This document shows positions 1 through 11,241 of a DNA stretch of 64,000 nucleotides, in pieces. Where the stretch lies: assembly GCA_046331265.1 (NCBI GenBank), contig JAXLRE010000007.1:21092-85091 (forward strand), in the 5' to 3' direction. Origin of the DNA: Acidimicrobiia bacterium (GTDB lineage Bacteria; Actinomycetota; Acidimicrobiia; IMCC26256; JAGPDB01). Below the pieces are notes generated by a model. That model saw nothing but the letters and a program-made list of their open reading frames with translations. It searched no databases and was not told the origin of the DNA. Within the stretch, counting starts at the first letter, position 1. Each line of letters begins with the position of its first letter. Both the position numbers and the translations under genes were made by a program.

Positions 1-416
1 TGTTGTGCTCGCGATGCAATATTTTCTATATTTTTTTCAGCATCACATTTATTTAGTACTGCTATTACATTTTTCTTGTTTTCTAAGATTGAAGCAATAT
101 AGCTATCGCCTTTACCTATTTGCTTTGAACCATCAAAAACGCACACAATAGCTTCAACTTCATCTAACGAGTCATATGCATAGTCATTCATTTGTTCCGA
201 TAATTTACCCTTAGGTTTATGAATCCCAGGAGTATCAACATAAACAATTTGATGATCAGGTGTCGTTTCTATACTTCTTATCTGTCGACGAGTTGTATGC
301 GGATGACTTGAAGTAGCCATCCAATCTTGACCAGTTAGAGAATTAATTAAAGTTGATTTGCCAACATTAGGCCTACCAACAACAGAAATGATTCCTGATT
401 TAAAATTATCTTTCAC
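1..416 (-). CDS. era: GTPase Era, N-terminal part (gene runs off the left edge)
   Basis: Not in the ORF track because no stop lies in the window. Minus-strand translation from GTG at 416 gives VKDNFKSGIISVVGRPNVGKSTLINSLTGQDW...VDTPG...LNKCD, i.e. the G1/G3/G4 GTPase motifs. It lies downstream of ybeY-corC as in the conserved phoH-ybeY-corC-era cluster. Confidence 0.85.
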   Translation of the reverse strand, partial: MKDNFKSGIISVVGRPNVGKSTLINSLTGQDWMATSSHPHTTRRQIRSIETTPDHQIVYVDTPGIHKPKGKLSEQMNDYAYDSLDEVEAIVCVFDGSKQIGKGDSYIASILENKKNVIAVLNKCDAEKNIENIASRAQ

Positions 417-418
417 AA

Positions 419-1747
419 TTAATTTTCAGTTGAAGACGAATAGTCAGGTGAAGCATCAACTGATGAATTTGTTTCCACATCTTCTTGTTCATCTATAGGA
501 ATCGTTTTAGTGACACGCACAGAAACAATTCTTTGACCTTGAACGCGTTCAATATAAAACTCCAAATTGTCATAGACAACTCTTTCACCTTCATAAGGAA
601 CATGTTGACATACATTAAACACAAGACCAGAAACAGTGTCCCATTCCGTATCAGGAATTTCAACACCTAGTGTTTCACTTAAATCATCAACTGAAGTTCG
701 ACCTGGTACTCTCCATTTATTATCACCAAGCTGTTCGATTGTTGGCTCATGTGAATCATATTCGTCAGAGATGTCTCCAACGATTTCTTCAATTAAGTCT
801 TCTAAAGTTATTAACCCCGCAGTACCGCCATATTCATCGACAACAATAGCCATGTGAAACTGGCCTTGCTGCATATCTTTTAACAGCTCAGCTGTACGCT
901 TTTGTTCTGGGATGAATACCGCAGTACGTTTAAATGAAGAAACAGGTTTATCGCCATCACCTTTTCTTTCGATTTCAACAAGATCCTTCATGAAAACTAA
1001 ACCAACAACTGTATCGGCGTTTTCTCCATATATTGGTAGACGAGAAAAGCCAACTTCAATTGTTTTGTCCAGAGCTTCTTTTACTGTTGTTGCGGATTCA
1101 ACAGCAATTATATCTGTCCTAGGCGTCATTACTTCTCTAACTACAGTGTCAGTAAATTCAAAAATTGAGTGAATAAGTTCACGCTCTTCATGCTCAATAA
1201 CAGCTTCGCTCGCTGCAACGTCGGCCATAGTTTTTAGATCATGTTCTGTAACGAATGGGCCTTCTTTTAAACCTTTGCCAGGCAGAATTATATTTGAGAG
1301 CCCAATTAAAGCTTTAGCGATCCACGCCAAAGGAGCAAACTTAGTTATCACCCATAAAAAAGGAGCAACGCCTAATGCTGCACGTTCCGGATTTTGCACT
1401 GCAAAAGTTTTTGGAGCAACTTCACCAATTACGAAAAACAATGAAATCTGTATAACAATAGAAATCAATACGCCCCAAGTACCGTAAGCATCCTCAATCA
1501 CAATTGAAATTATTGAAGCTGTACCAAGTTGAGTAATCAACATTAATAAAAGTAAAACATTTATTGTTTTTTCAGGTTGTTCAAGCATTATACGAAGTCG
1601 ACGAGAACCCTTACGACCTTCGTCTTCTAATGCCATAGCTCGAATACGATTCATTTTTATAAAAGCAGTCTCCGACAAAGCGCAAAGAATAGAAAACATA
1701 AATAAAAAGAATGCGATTATAATAAGTATGACCTGAACTGGTTCCAT
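419..1747 (-). CDS. DUF21 / CBS-pair / CorC_HlyC membrane protein (TlyC/CorC-type putative divalent-cation efflux, hemolysin-like)
   Basis: 442-aa ORF with N-terminal TM helices, a central CBS-pair-like region (VREVMTPRTDI...) and a C-terminal CorC_HlyC-like tail. Its conserved position is between ybeY and era. Confidence 0.8.
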   Translation of the reverse strand: MEPVQVILIIIAFFLFMFSILCALSETAFIKMNRIRAMALEDEGRKGSRRLRIMLEQPEKTINVLLLLMLITQLGTASIISIVIEDAYGTWGVLISIVIQISLFFVIGEVAPKTFAVQNPERAALGVAPFLWVITKFAPLAWIAKALIGLSNIILPGKGLKEGPFVTEHDLKTMADVAASEAVIEHEERELIHSIFEFTDTVVREVMTPRTDIIAVESATTVKEALDKTIEVGFSRLPIYGENADTVVGLVFMKDLVEIERKGDGDKPVSSFKRTAVFIPEQKRTAELLKDMQQGQFHMAIVVDEYGGTAGLITLEDLIEEIVGDISDEYDSHEPTIEQLGDNKWRVPGRTSVDDLSETLGVEIPDTEWDTVSGLVFNVCQHVPYEGERVVYDNLEFYIERVQGQRIVSVRVTKTIPIDEQEDVETNSSVDASPDYSSSTEN

Positions 1748-1779
1748 AAGATATCTCTTTAATACTCTAGTGCATATAG

Positions 1780-2328
1780 CTACATATCTGCGTTTGGATA
1801 AAGTCTGAAAAACTCGTCCAAAATATCTTTTTCACGCGACTGCATCTGCTCACGCTCTTCTTCTTCATAGTGATCATAATTAAGCAAATGTAATGTTCCA
1901 TGCGTCACTAATAAAGCCAACTCTTGATCTAGAGAAACATTATGTTCTTCGCTTTGTTTTAATGCTATTTCGGGACACACGTAAACATCACCTATCAACA
2001 TTGGTACTTCATTATCTTCACTTGGAGTACCTGGGCCTCTACCACCATTATCAGGATTTCGGCCAGAACCTACAATGTCATCATCAACTGGAAATGCAAG
2101 CACATCGGTTGGACCTTGTGCCTCCATATATTGCTGATTTAGTTTTGAGATGGAATCTACATCACAAAAAATAAGTGACATTTCTGAAGTTCCGATAATT
2201 TTCTCTCGATCTAGTACTAGACGAGCTAAAAGGACATACCGAGAAACATTAACTTCAACATCTTTTTGTTCGTTGGAACCGAAAACTACTACCTTTTCAT
2301 CACCAATAATTTCTTCAGAATAATTCAC
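1780..2328 (-). CDS. ybeY: rRNA maturation endoribonuclease YbeY
   Basis: Zinc-binding His box HGTLHLLNYDH. GTG start overlaps the phoH stop (TAGTG). Synteny phoH-ybeY. Confidence 0.9.
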   Translation of the reverse strand: MNYSEEIIGDEKVVVFGSNEQKDVEVNVSRYVLLARLVLDREKIIGTSEMSLIFCDVDSISKLNQQYMEAQGPTDVLAFPVDDDIVGSGRNPDNGGRGPGTPSEDNEVPMLIGDVYVCPEIALKQSEEHNVSLDQELALLVTHGTLHLLNYDHYEEEEREQMQSREKDILDEFFRLYPNADM

Positions 2329-3329
2329 TATCTGTTATCACTCTCTTCGTACGGATGTGGATGATGCTTATCCCATTTATCGTAGGCGTCAACAATATCT
2401 TGCACAACCCTATGACGTACAACATCTTTTTTAGTGAAATCACAAAATGCAACAGAATCAATCCCTTCAAGAATGGATCTCACTATTCTTAAACCGGATT
2501 TTTTCTGAGAGGGTAAGTCGACTTGAGTCAAGTCACCCGTTACTACCATTTTTGAACCAAAACCAAGTCTTGTTAAAAACATTTTCATTTGTTCAGGAGA
2601 AGTATTTTGTGCTTCGTCGAGAATAACGAAAGAGTCGTTTAAAGTTCTACCTCTCATATAGGCAAGCGGTGCAACTTCAATTACACCACGTTCCTGAAAC
2701 CTAGAAAAAGAGTCAGTACCGACAATATCGAATATCGCATCATAAAGGGGACGAAGGTAAGGATCAACTTTTGCAAGTAAATCTCCTGGCAAAAATCCTA
2801 AATGTTCTCCTGCTTCTACAGCTGGTCTCGTCAAAATTATTCGTTGAATTTTCTTAGCTTGCAATTCTGCTACGGCACTAGCAACAGCTAAATAACTTTT
2901 ACCAGTACCTGCAGGACCAATACCAAAAGTTATTGTGTTGTTTTCAATCGCTTCAACATATTCTCTTTGACCTTGCGTCTTTGGATGAATTGATTTCTTT
3001 CCTTTTAGTACATCTCGATGTATTACTTCACTTACTGATTCGTTTGAATTAACCATATCTATAACTCTAAGTATGTCATGTGATGTTATCCCTTGACCTT
3101 TTTTCAAAATATTTTTTAAATCGTCAAAAAGTTTTACAACACTATTTGCAATTTTTTCATCTCGAGCAGTGACCGTAATTTCGTTTCCCCGAACAAGAAT
3201 GTTTACATCAAATGCTTCTTCGATTAGATCAAGATTTTCGTCGTTATTTCCTAAAAGCTCGTTCATCAACGAGTTGTCCTCCACAATATATGTAGAAGTA
3301 AATACTGAAATTGAAGAAGGTTTTTTCAT
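2328..3329 (-). CDS. phoH: PhoH-like ATPase
   Basis: Walker A GPAGTGKSYLA, Walker B-like FVILDEAQN, and the typical PhoH C-terminal region. Confidence 0.9.
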   Translation of the reverse strand: MKKPSSISVFTSTYIVEDNSLMNELLGNNDENLDLIEEAFDVNILVRGNEITVTARDEKIANSVVKLFDDLKNILKKGQGITSHDILRVIDMVNSNESVSEVIHRDVLKGKKSIHPKTQGQREYVEAIENNTITFGIGPAGTGKSYLAVASAVAELQAKKIQRIILTRPAVEAGEHLGFLPGDLLAKVDPYLRPLYDAIFDIVGTDSFSRFQERGVIEVAPLAYMRGRTLNDSFVILDEAQNTSPEQMKMFLTRLGFGSKMVVTGDLTQVDLPSQKKSGLRIVRSILEGIDSVAFCDFTKKDVVRHRVVQDIVDAYDKWDKHHPHPYEESDNR

Positions 3330-3371
3330 GTTCTATTTATACATCGACCACTATATAAACTAGCTTAAAAA

Positions 3372-3884
3372 TCAGTTTACTGAGGAAAGTTTTTCCTGGT
3401 CAGCCAAAAGATGGATTTCTGCCAAACGCTTTGTGAATTCCTCTATTGTTTTACCAAATACAGCTGAAAGGATTCTCATGTCATCGCTGCGAAGAGTGAG
3501 AAACCGACCTGATGAGCTTGATCTTTGTTGATGAACGCTCTGAGCGAACCTACCGATAACCATTGCTTCCGCATGGTTATTGTTTGCAACTTTAGAGAGA
3601 TCGATAACAATTTTTCTTGCTTTTCCTTCTTCTTCAACTAAATCTATTGTTGTTTCACTTGGAAGCACAGAATTAGGGGAAACATGATAATGCTCGCAAA
3701 GTCTCAAAAGTCGTGCAACAGAAATTGATCTCTCACCACGTTCATATGCACCTACAACTGATGCTTTAAATTCGTCTTTAGAGTTTTCTTCTACATCATG
3801 CAAAGACAGTCTTTGTTCTTTGCGGATCTGTCGAAGTTTTTCACCGACCGCTCTTGAAATTTCACTGTTGTCGATTTCTTCCAT
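3372..3884 (-). CDS. XRE-family helix-turn-helix transcriptional regulator
   Basis: N-terminal HTH_3-like segment GEKLRQIRKEQRLSLHDVE...VGAYERGERSISVARLLRLCEHYHV. The C-terminal ~90 aa have no recognisable motif. Confidence 0.6.
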   Translation of the reverse strand: MEEIDNSEISRAVGEKLRQIRKEQRLSLHDVEENSKDEFKASVVGAYERGERSISVARLLRLCEHYHVSPNSVLPSETTIDLVEEEGKARKIVIDLSKVANNNHAEAMVIGRFAQSVHQQRSSSSGRFLTLRSDDMRILSAVFGKTIEEFTKRLAEIHLLADQEKLSSVN

Positions 3885-3945
3885 TACTCCCCCGGCTCAC
3901 CACGATTCGTGACATTTAAGATTAGTAGGTTTTGCATAGGTAACG

Positions 3946-4647
3946 TTAAATCCGCTGATATTTAGCTATTGAGCACGCAACAGCCATTGCAGTATCTGCT
4001 CTTAATATGTATGGAGAAATATTCCAGGTTTTACCGTATTTTTTCAGCATTTCTAATTCTTCCTGGCTAAATCCGCCTTCAGGTCCTACAATAATTGCAC
4101 AGGGACTTGCGACAGAATTTACCTCTCCTTCTGGATCACAAATAAAAATAGGCAATAATTCATTACTCAACACTTCATCTATATCTTCAATAACTTCAAT
4201 TTCACAAAGCGAGGTACGCCGAGACTGCATAGAAGCTGATTTAATAATTTTTGGTGTCCTCCTGTGTAATTTTTCTATAAAAGATTCGTTTAAAGATTGT
4301 GAAGATCTACTTGTTTGAAAAATGGAAATCTTTGTCGCGCCAGCTTCAACAGACTTTTCTATACCTACTTCTAAACGATCTAATTTAAATGCAGAAATAT
4401 AAACGTGTAGTTCTGCATTATCGTCTTTTTGTACCTCACGTATTCTTTGTGCTCGTATTTCTGTTTTTGTTATTTCACTTATCTCGTATAGACAAAAGTT
4501 TCCATTATTTGCGCAGCTAATAATGTTTGAAGGTTTCAGCCTTAAAACATTGCTTAAATGATGAAAATCTTCATCTTTAATAGAAATATGATCGTCGAAA
4601 CTATCAATAAAGATATGTGCTTTGGAGTTCCGCAAGACATCAATCAT
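3946..4647 (-). CDS. rsmE: 16S rRNA (uracil1498-N3)-methyltransferase RsmE
   Basis: C-terminal SPOUT motif [13 protein letters not shown]. Length 233 aa. Position directly downstream of dnaJ as in other Actinobacteria. Confidence 0.8.
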   Translation of the reverse strand: MIDVLRNSKAHIFIDSFDDHISIKDEDFHHLSNVLRLKPSNIISCANNGNFCLYEISEITKTEIRAQRIREVQKDDNAELHVYISAFKLDRLEVGIEKSVEAGATKISIFQTSRSSQSLNESFIEKLHRRTPKIIKSASMQSRRTSLCEIEVIEDIDEVLSNELLPIFICDPEGEVNSVASPCAIIVGPEGGFSQEELEMLKKYGKTWNISPYILRADTAMAVACSIAKYQRI

Positions 4648-5776
4648 GGAAATGTCGTTTTACTCTTTCAAATAATGATTGATGTTCGTTGTTCTCATTT
4701 ATTTCTTCACCGCTTAATTGGGCATAATTTTTCAATAGCTCTTTTTGTTCATCATTTAAATTTTTTGAAGATGGAATTTCAACATTCACGAAAATGAGCA
4801 GATCCCCTCGACCACGTCCACGAAGTTTACCCATTCCATGATTTTTTAGTTTAAATACTTCACCCGATTTAGTTCCGGGCGGAATACTTAGCATCTGCGG
4901 ACCATCTAAAGTTTCTATTTCTATTGATGTACCAAAAATTGCGTTAATAAAACTTATTTCTTTCACGCCAACAAGGTCATCGCCATGTCGTTCATAATTT
5001 TTGTCTGCTAAAACTTCGATCAAAACATATAGATCGCCAGGGTTAGAGTTTCTATAACCTGCTGGGCCTTGCCCTGGAAGTTTTAATCGAGATCCTGTTT
5101 CAACACCTGCAGGAATCGTTACTTCAAGATTTACATCTTCAACATTTACACCAGAACCATTACAAACATTGCAAGGATTTTGAATAATTGAACCATACCC
5201 TGAACATGTGGGACAAATAGATGAAACCATCATCTGTCCAAAGAAAGAGTTCCGTACTTCTTGTACTGCTCCAGCACCACCACAAGTTGAACATGTAATT
5301 GGAGCACTCCCTTGTTGCGCTCCACTACCAGAGCAAGTAGCGCATGTTCTTTCTAAATCAACGTTTAGAGTTTTAACAGTACCAAAAGCCGCTTCATGCA
5401 AAGTTATCTGCATGGGGGCTTGTACATCATTACTTGTTTGCGCATTTCTACTAAATCCATTTGAAAATCCACTACCACCAAAAAATGATTCAAATAAATC
5501 AGATAAGTTGAATTCGAAACCTCCACCAGCTTGACCATTGAATCCGCCGTTACCCCGAAGTCCATCTATACCAAATTGGTCATATCTAGCACGCTTTTCT
5601 GGATCACTTAGTACTTCATATGCCACAGAAATTGCTTTAAATTGCTCTTCAGCTTCAGGATCATTTTGATTTGCATCAGGATGATATTTTCTGGCTTGAG
5701 CTCTATATGCTTTTTTTATTTCGTTAGCATCAGCGTTTCTAGACACGCCTAATAATTCATAAAAATCTGTTTGCAT
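4640..5776 (-). CDS. dnaJ: Chaperone DnaJ
   Basis: J-domain DFYELLGV...YHPD, a G/F-rich linker, and four CxxCxGxG zinc-finger repeats ([32 protein letters not shown]). The ORF track begins at 5815. I prefer the ATG at 5776, which gives [11 protein letters not shown] and overlaps the hrcA stop as TAATG. Confidence 0.9.
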   Translation of the reverse strand: MQTDFYELLGVSRNADANEIKKAYRAQARKYHPDANQNDPEAEEQFKAISVAYEVLSDPEKRARYDQFGIDGLRGNGGFNGQAGGGFEFNLSDLFESFFGGSGFSNGFSRNAQTSNDVQAPMQITLHEAAFGTVKTLNVDLERTCATCSGSGAQQGSAPITCSTCGGAGAVQEVRNSFFGQMMVSSICPTCSGYGSIIQNPCNVCNGSGVNVEDVNLEVTIPAGVETGSRLKLPGQGPAGYRNSNPGDLYVLIEVLADKNYERHGDDLVGVKEISFINAIFGTSIEIETLDGPQMLSIPPGTKSGEVFKLKNHGMGKLRGRGRGDLLIFVNVEIPSSKNLNDEQKELLKNYAQLSGEEINENNEHQSLFERVKRHFHD

Positions 5777-6786
5777 TATTTGTTTTCCATCGATTCTGAA
5801 ACCGCTTGTAGGCATAAGAGCACTTTGGCGTAGTCCATACGTGTGGGACCAATAACTCCAAGTACTCCTTCTACTCCTGGAGATGAATTAAAAGGTGAAA
5901 ATGCTACAGAGAAATTCACAAGTTCGCTGGCTGCATTCTCTTCACCGATTTTTACATTGACTTTTGAGCCTACATTTGATTTCAATATTTCGGCAAGTTT
6001 CATATGTTGTTCTAATAACGACAACAGTTGCTCAGATATTTCTTGTTGGTCTGCAATCTTTGCAACATTAGCAAAACCTGCAACATGAACTTGGACGTCA
6101 TCAGAAGTATTGTTTTTATCAACTTGAAACTGTTCCAGTATCCTGTTCAAAATTGGTTTGAATTTTTTGTTTAGATCATAACCATCGATATTTGATACTT
6201 GTGCGGAAGTTGAGTTAAGCAATAAAGACTTGATGGATAAATTTAACTCATCAATCGGAAAATCTGGTTCCAGGTTTAAGTCACCTACATTAACGACTAC
6301 TCTTTGAATATTTGAATCATCATAAAAAATTGCTAAGACCAAAACATCGTCATGAAGTCTTGACACATGGGCGTCTAATATTTTCGAGCTATTAACAATA
6401 TTGTTAACTAATACTGCTGTGTAATTTGTCAAAGATGATAAAACAAGAACAACATTTTCGAAATCATCATTGATTAGATCTATAGGTTTAGCTTTCGACT
6501 TTTCAAGTTTGTCTATTACATAGTGATCTACGAAGTACCTATACCCAAGATCAGTAGGAACACGACCAGACGAAGTATGAGGATGAGCTAGATATCCAGC
6601 TTTTTCTAAAGAATGCATATCGTTACGAATTGTTGAACTTGATATATCGAGTTGTATTGCTTCTTTAACTTTATTTGAGGCTACAGGCACTTTCTCCTCA
6701 ACATATGAATCGACAACAGCTTTAACGACCATGCCTTGACGCTCGTTTAATTCAGCTTTATTAACTTCACTGGCCTGCTTAACCAT
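5776..6786 (-). CDS. hrcA: Heat-inducible transcription repressor HrcA
   Basis: N-terminal winged-helix region ([17 protein letters not shown]...[30 protein letters not shown]) and the hrcA-dnaJ gene pair. Confidence 0.85.
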   Translation of the reverse strand: MVKQASEVNKAELNERQGMVVKAVVDSYVEEKVPVASNKVKEAIQLDISSSTIRNDMHSLEKAGYLAHPHTSSGRVPTDLGYRYFVDHYVIDKLEKSKAKPIDLINDDFENVVLVLSSLTNYTAVLVNNIVNSSKILDAHVSRLHDDVLVLAIFYDDSNIQRVVVNVGDLNLEPDFPIDELNLSIKSLLLNSTSAQVSNIDGYDLNKKFKPILNRILEQFQVDKNNTSDDVQVHVAGFANVAKIADQQEISEQLLSLLEQHMKLAEILKSNVGSKVNVKIGEENAASELVNFSVAFSPFNSSPGVEGVLGVIGPTRMDYAKVLLCLQAVSESMENK

Positions 6787-7930
6787 CTATACATTCTAGA
6801 GCTTCGAATAAATCCACTGTAATTGTGTGGGCTAAAAGTCGCCCACTAGCCGTTAAAGATATATTTGAATTATTTGGATTATAAACAATCATTCCTAGAT
6901 CAATATATTTATGTACTGTCTCAGGAATAGACTTATGTGGCCAGTCAATTCCATATTTAGTCCTTATTTTGAGTGCAAATTTTTCCTGTTTAGAACTTAG
7001 GTTTGAATAATCGTTGTGATATTTGAAACAACTTTCATTAATTAGATTTGTTGAGTTTGGTGAAAATCGATTTACATATGTTTCAAGGTTCCTAGGTGTT
7101 GACCATCTCTTATCTTTTGTAAACCCATGAGCGGCGCAACCTAAGGCAACGATATCTCCACCTAACCAATAAGATAAATTATGTTTAGATTCATATTGAG
7201 GTTTTGACCAATTAGAAATTTCATACCAGTTATAGCCATTGCGATTAAGTATTTCGTCGGCTATCTCATACTTGTTTGCTAAGTCATCTTCGTTAATGTT
7301 TTTCTTCTCACCTTTAATAATCGAAGAATATAACGGTGTTCCAGTCTCGACACCTAATGCATAAGCAGAAACATGTTTTAAATTTAAAGAATTAATATCG
7401 TTTAAAGTGTTTTCCCAATCTTGTAAAGATTCGACAGCGCTTCCGTATATCAAGTCGCCGCTAACGTTAGTGATCCCAGAGCTAAATATATGATCGATTG
7501 ACTCGTACACATTTTCTGGATCGTGTTCTCTTCCTAAGAACTTTAAAACATGATCGTTTGTACTTTGGATGCCCAACGAGATTCTATTTACACCCATTGA
7601 ATAATAATGACGCATCTGTTCTTTTGTTACATGATCCGGATTGCACTCAACGGTCACCTCTATATCTGGCGAAAATCCACAAACATTTCGCAAGCGTTCA
7701 AGTACCTTTTCAATTTTTAATGAAGGCACAAGGTTAGGCGTGCCGCCACCAAAGAATATGGTATCTATCTGACTGTCTAGTTCTCTATTGTTCTCATGAA
7801 ATTTAATTTGATTTGATATTGATTCGAAGTACGAATCTATTAAATCTTGCTTGTCTACCCATGTAGCGAAATCACAATAATCACATCGCCTAGAACAAAA
7901 TGGTATATGTATATAGACTCCTAAAGACAC
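6779..7930 (-). CDS. hemW: Radical SAM heme chaperone HemW (coproporphyrinogen III oxidase-like)
   Basis: N-terminal radical-SAM motif CSRRCDYCDF (CxxxCxxC), the GGGTP motif, and position between lepA and hrcA. Confidence 0.85.
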   Translation of the reverse strand: MSLGVYIHIPFCSRRCDYCDFATWVDKQDLIDSYFESISNQIKFHENNRELDSQIDTIFFGGGTPNLVPSLKIEKVLERLRNVCGFSPDIEVTVECNPDHVTKEQMRHYYSMGVNRISLGIQSTNDHVLKFLGREHDPENVYESIDHIFSSGITNVSGDLIYGSAVESLQDWENTLNDINSLNLKHVSAYALGVETGTPLYSSIIKGEKKNINEDDLANKYEIADEILNRNGYNWYEISNWSKPQYESKHNLSYWLGGDIVALGCAAHGFTKDKRWSTPRNLETYVNRFSPNSTNLINESCFKYHNDYSNLSSKQEKFALKIRTKYGIDWPHKSIPETVHKYIDLGMIVYNPNNSNISLTASGRLLAHTITVDLFEALECIDG

Positions 7931-8002
7931 AGGTCTATACTAGGAAAAACCACCACTCAACTCGCTAGTAATACCAGATCAGAGCCATTTATTACACTCA
8001 TT

Positions 8003-9112
8003 GTGAGATTTATGGGTCAATGCTTGCTAGAGTATATGGCTGTGTTTATTTCAAGTAAGCATCATTGGTCAACCAAACGAATATTCGTTTTCGTAACAGT
8101 ATTTGTTTTAATTGCAATCAGCGCCCAAAGTGCTTTTGCTAGCCCAATCGATGATAAAAGAAAAAAAGCTGCCCAATTAGCTCAAGAAATTGAAGCTAAC
8201 GGGGACAAGATCTCTGCTCTTGCAGAAAGCTACAACTATACCCAAATCAAGCTTTCAGACCTAAAAACATCAGTAAATGACGCTCAAGCACAACTAGATT
8301 CAGCACAGTCTCAAAACGATGAAGTTAAAGCAAGGGTTCAAAAACGAGCAGTTGAAATGTACTCTGGATCTAGCGATACAAATGCTGAAGTAGCTAATCC
8401 TGCAGATTCAATTCGAAAAAATTACTATGCGAATATCGCAACAGGTAATGACTCGTCAACTTTAACTCAGCTACAAATAACTAAAGAAACAGTTACTGAT
8501 AGAAAAGCAGAACTTGAAAAACAATTATCTTCAATTTCAGAACAAGAAAAAAGTTTGGCTGCTCAAAAGAAATCAATCGAAGATGCGAATAAAAAACAAC
8601 AAGATCTCTTAAATCAAACTAAAGGTGAGCTGGCAACGCTAATTGCACAAGAACAAGCTCGACAGGCAAGAGCGCGCGCAGCAACAGTTAGAGCGGCAAC
8701 ACCAAAGACAACAAAAAAGTCTGGGTCAAGCAACCAAACTTTGCCATCTAACTTACCGGCGCCTTCACCAAAAGCAGCAATTGCTATTGAATTTGCTAGA
8801 CAACAACTTGGAAAACCATATCGATATGCTGCAGCTGGTCCTGATTCATATGACTGTTCTGGTTTAACAATGCGGGCATACGGTGCTGCAGGTCTGAAAC
8901 TTCCTCACTATTCTGGTGCTCAATATGCGATGTTTCCAAAGGTTCCAATAGACCAATTACAACCTGGTGACCTCGTCTTTAGAGGACCTGGTGGTTCACA
9001 ACATGTTGCGTTATATATTGGAAACGGATTAATTATTACTGCACCACAAACTGGTGATGTAGTAAAAATAGCTTCAATAGGTCGCACTATTGGTGGAGTA
9101 AGACCAGGTTAA
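8003..9112 (+). CDS. Secreted NlpC/P60 peptidoglycan endopeptidase with N-terminal coiled coil (RipA-like)
   Basis: Signal-like segment IFVFVTVFVLIAISAQSAFA, a long Q/A/E/K-rich coiled-coil region, and a C-terminal NlpC/P60 core (YDCSGLTMRAY ... GGSQHVALYIGNG). The start is ambiguous (GTG 8003 or ATG 8036). Confidence 0.8.
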   Translation: MRFMGQCLLEYMAVFISSKHHWSTKRIFVFVTVFVLIAISAQSAFASPIDDKRKKAAQLAQEIEANGDKISALAESYNYTQIKLSDLKTSVNDAQAQLDSAQSQNDEVKARVQKRAVEMYSGSSDTNAEVANPADSIRKNYYANIATGNDSSTLTQLQITKETVTDRKAELEKQLSSISEQEKSLAAQKKSIEDANKKQQDLLNQTKGELATLIAQEQARQARARAATVRAATPKTTKKSGSSNQTLPSNLPAPSPKAAIAIEFARQQLGKPYRYAAAGPDSYDCSGLTMRAYGAAGLKLPHYSGAQYAMFPKVPIDQLQPGDLVFRGPGGSQHVALYIGNGLIITAPQTGDVVKIASIGRTIGGVRPG

Positions 9113-9115
9113 TTT

Positions 9116-10900
9116 TTAATCTTCAAGTTTTAGAGCCGCGACAAAAGCTTCAGGCGGAACCTCTACCCTACCAATAGATTTCATTTTCTTCTTACCTTCT
9201 TTTTGTTTCTCTAAAAGTTTGCGTTTACGAGTTATATCTCCACCGTAACATTTAGCCAAAACGTCCTTGCGTCTTGCTCTTACAGTTTCACGAGCAATAA
9301 TGCTTCCACCAATTGCAGCTTGAATAGGAACATCAAACAACTGCCTTGGAATAAGTTCTCTAAGTTTTTCAGTCATCTTTCTTCCATACTCAACAGACTT
9401 ATCTTTATGAACCACTGAAGAAAATGCATCAACAATTATTCCGTTTAACAAAATATCAACTTTGACTAATTTTGATTCTTTATATCCGCTCGGATCGTAA
9501 TCTAAAGACGCATAACCTTTCGTACGGGATTTCATTGCATCAAAATAGTCCATGATTATTTCAGCCAGAGGTAGCTCATATCTGAGTTCCACTCTTTCAG
9601 GAGATAGATATTCCATGTTTATCAATTCACCCCGACGCTCTTGTGAGAGATCCATCAAAGTTCCTACATAATCATTAGGGGTAAGCAATGTAACTTTTAC
9701 ATACGGCTCTTCTATATAGTCAATAGCATCAGGAGATGGCATTTGAGATGGAGACTCAATTTCAATTTTCTCACCATCTTTTTTCGTCACGTTATAAACA
9801 ACATTTGGTGCAGTCGCTACCAATGCAAGATTGTATTCTCGTTCTAAACGTTCACGGATAATCTCCATATGTAGTAGACCTAAAAAGCCACAGCGAAAAC
9901 CGAAACCTAACGCTCCCGATGTTTCAGGTTCAAATGTATAACTCGCATCATTAAGCTTCAGTTTTTCTAATGCTTCACGTAAATTCGAAAAGTCATCACC
10001 ATCGACTGGATATAGTCCGCAATAAACCATAGGAACAGGATCTTGGTACCCTTCTAATTCTTGTGCAGGATTCGAAGCTAAAGTTACAGTTTCTCCTGAA
10101 CGTGCTTGACCGACATCTTTAATACCAGCAATTAAATAGCCAACTTCACCAGGTCCTAATTCTTTAACAGGTTTAGGGTTTGGAGTACGAATACCAATTT
10201 CTTCAATTTCATGTTTTGAACCTTGTTGGACAAAAAGAATCTTTGATGAAGAATCGATTACTCCATTCATAACACGTATAGAAGAAATAACGCCACGGTA
10301 CTGATCATAATAAGAGTCGAACATTAACGCTTGTAGTTTCTCGTCACGATTTCCGATTGGTGCAGGAATTTTTTCAATAACAGCATCAAGTAATTCAGCT
10401 ACACCTTCACCTGTTTTTGCACTGATTCTTAAAACATCATTTGCATTTATTCCTAAAACTTTTTCAATCTCATTCGCAACACGATCTGGATCAGCTGCAG
10501 GCAGATCTATCTTGTTCATTGCAGCAATAATTTCTAAATTATTTTCTAATGCCAAATAACAGTTAGCTAATGTCTGTGCTTCAATTCCTTGGCTAGCGTC
10601 AACTAATAAGATCGCACCTTCACATGCAGCTAATGAACGAGATACTTCATAGCCAAAATCGACATGGCCAGGTGTATCTATAAGTTGTATATGATGATCC
10701 TTGTAATCCAACCGTACGTTTTGGGCTTTAATGGTGATACCCCGTTCTCTTTCAATATCCATCGAATCTAGATATTGAGAACGCATTTTTCGAGGGTCTA
10801 CAGCGCCTGTTAGCTCTAAAAACCTGTCTGCTAAAGTAGACTTTCCATGGTCAATATGCGCCACTATACAGACGTTTCTGAGCTTATTTTGATCAATCAT
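9116..10900 (-). CDS. lepA: Translation elongation factor 4 (LepA)
   Basis: G1 motif [25 protein letters not shown], and the LepA-specific C-terminal domain. Confidence 0.95.
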   Translation of the reverse strand: MIDQNKLRNVCIVAHIDHGKSTLADRFLELTGAVDPRKMRSQYLDSMDIERERGITIKAQNVRLDYKDHHIQLIDTPGHVDFGYEVSRSLAACEGAILLVDASQGIEAQTLANCYLALENNLEIIAAMNKIDLPAADPDRVANEIEKVLGINANDVLRISAKTGEGVAELLDAVIEKIPAPIGNRDEKLQALMFDSYYDQYRGVISSIRVMNGVIDSSSKILFVQQGSKHEIEEIGIRTPNPKPVKELGPGEVGYLIAGIKDVGQARSGETVTLASNPAQELEGYQDPVPMVYCGLYPVDGDDFSNLREALEKLKLNDASYTFEPETSGALGFGFRCGFLGLLHMEIIRERLEREYNLALVATAPNVVYNVTKKDGEKIEIESPSQMPSPDAIDYIEEPYVKVTLLTPNDYVGTLMDLSQERRGELINMEYLSPERVELRYELPLAEIIMDYFDAMKSRTKGYASLDYDPSGYKESKLVKVDILLNGIIVDAFSSVVHKDKSVEYGRKMTEKLRELIPRQLFDVPIQAAIGGSIIARETVRARRKDVLAKCYGGDITRKRKLLEKQKEGKKKMKSIGRVEVPPEAFVAALKLED

Positions 10901-10984
10901 CGCCTATGTAATCTAGCTTCAACATGAGAAAAATTCCTTTATTCTGCTAGAATTTCTCTTCCATAATTTTTATCAGGAGAAGAT

Positions 10985-11239
10985 GTGGCAAATATTAAAA
11001 GTCAAAAGCAACGTGTTATAACAAATGAGAAAGCACGCCAAAAAAATGCAGCTACTAAATCTGCTTTAAAGACTTATATCAAAAATGCAGTTACATCTGT
11101 TGATGCTAAAGAAAAAGATGCTAAGGAAAAAGTAAGCACTGCTCAATCTAAACTTGCCAGTGCTGCTTCTAAAGGTCGAATCCACAAGCGTGCTGCTGCA
11201 AGAAAAACATCACGCTTGATGAAAAAAGCTTCAGCTTAA
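10985..11239 (+). CDS. rpsT: 30S ribosomal protein S20
   Basis: MANIKSQKQRV... basic 84-aa protein with GTG start and SD AGGAGA upstream. Divergent from lepA as usual. Confidence 0.9.
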   Translation: MANIKSQKQRVITNEKARQKNAATKSALKTYIKNAVTSVDAKEKDAKEKVSTAQSKLASAASKGRIHKRAAARKTSRLMKKASA

Positions 11240-11241
11240 AT

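Noticed and set aside
6950-6985. A possible CIRCE (HrcA operator) half-site, GAGTGCAAA, upstream of hrcA inside hemW.
   Set aside because: CIRCE is TTAGCACTC-N9-GAGTGCTAA. No acceptable left half sits at the 9-nt spacing (the best candidate is TTAGTCCTT at 5 nt). I found no convincing CIRCE anywhere upstream of hrcA-dnaJ in this window.
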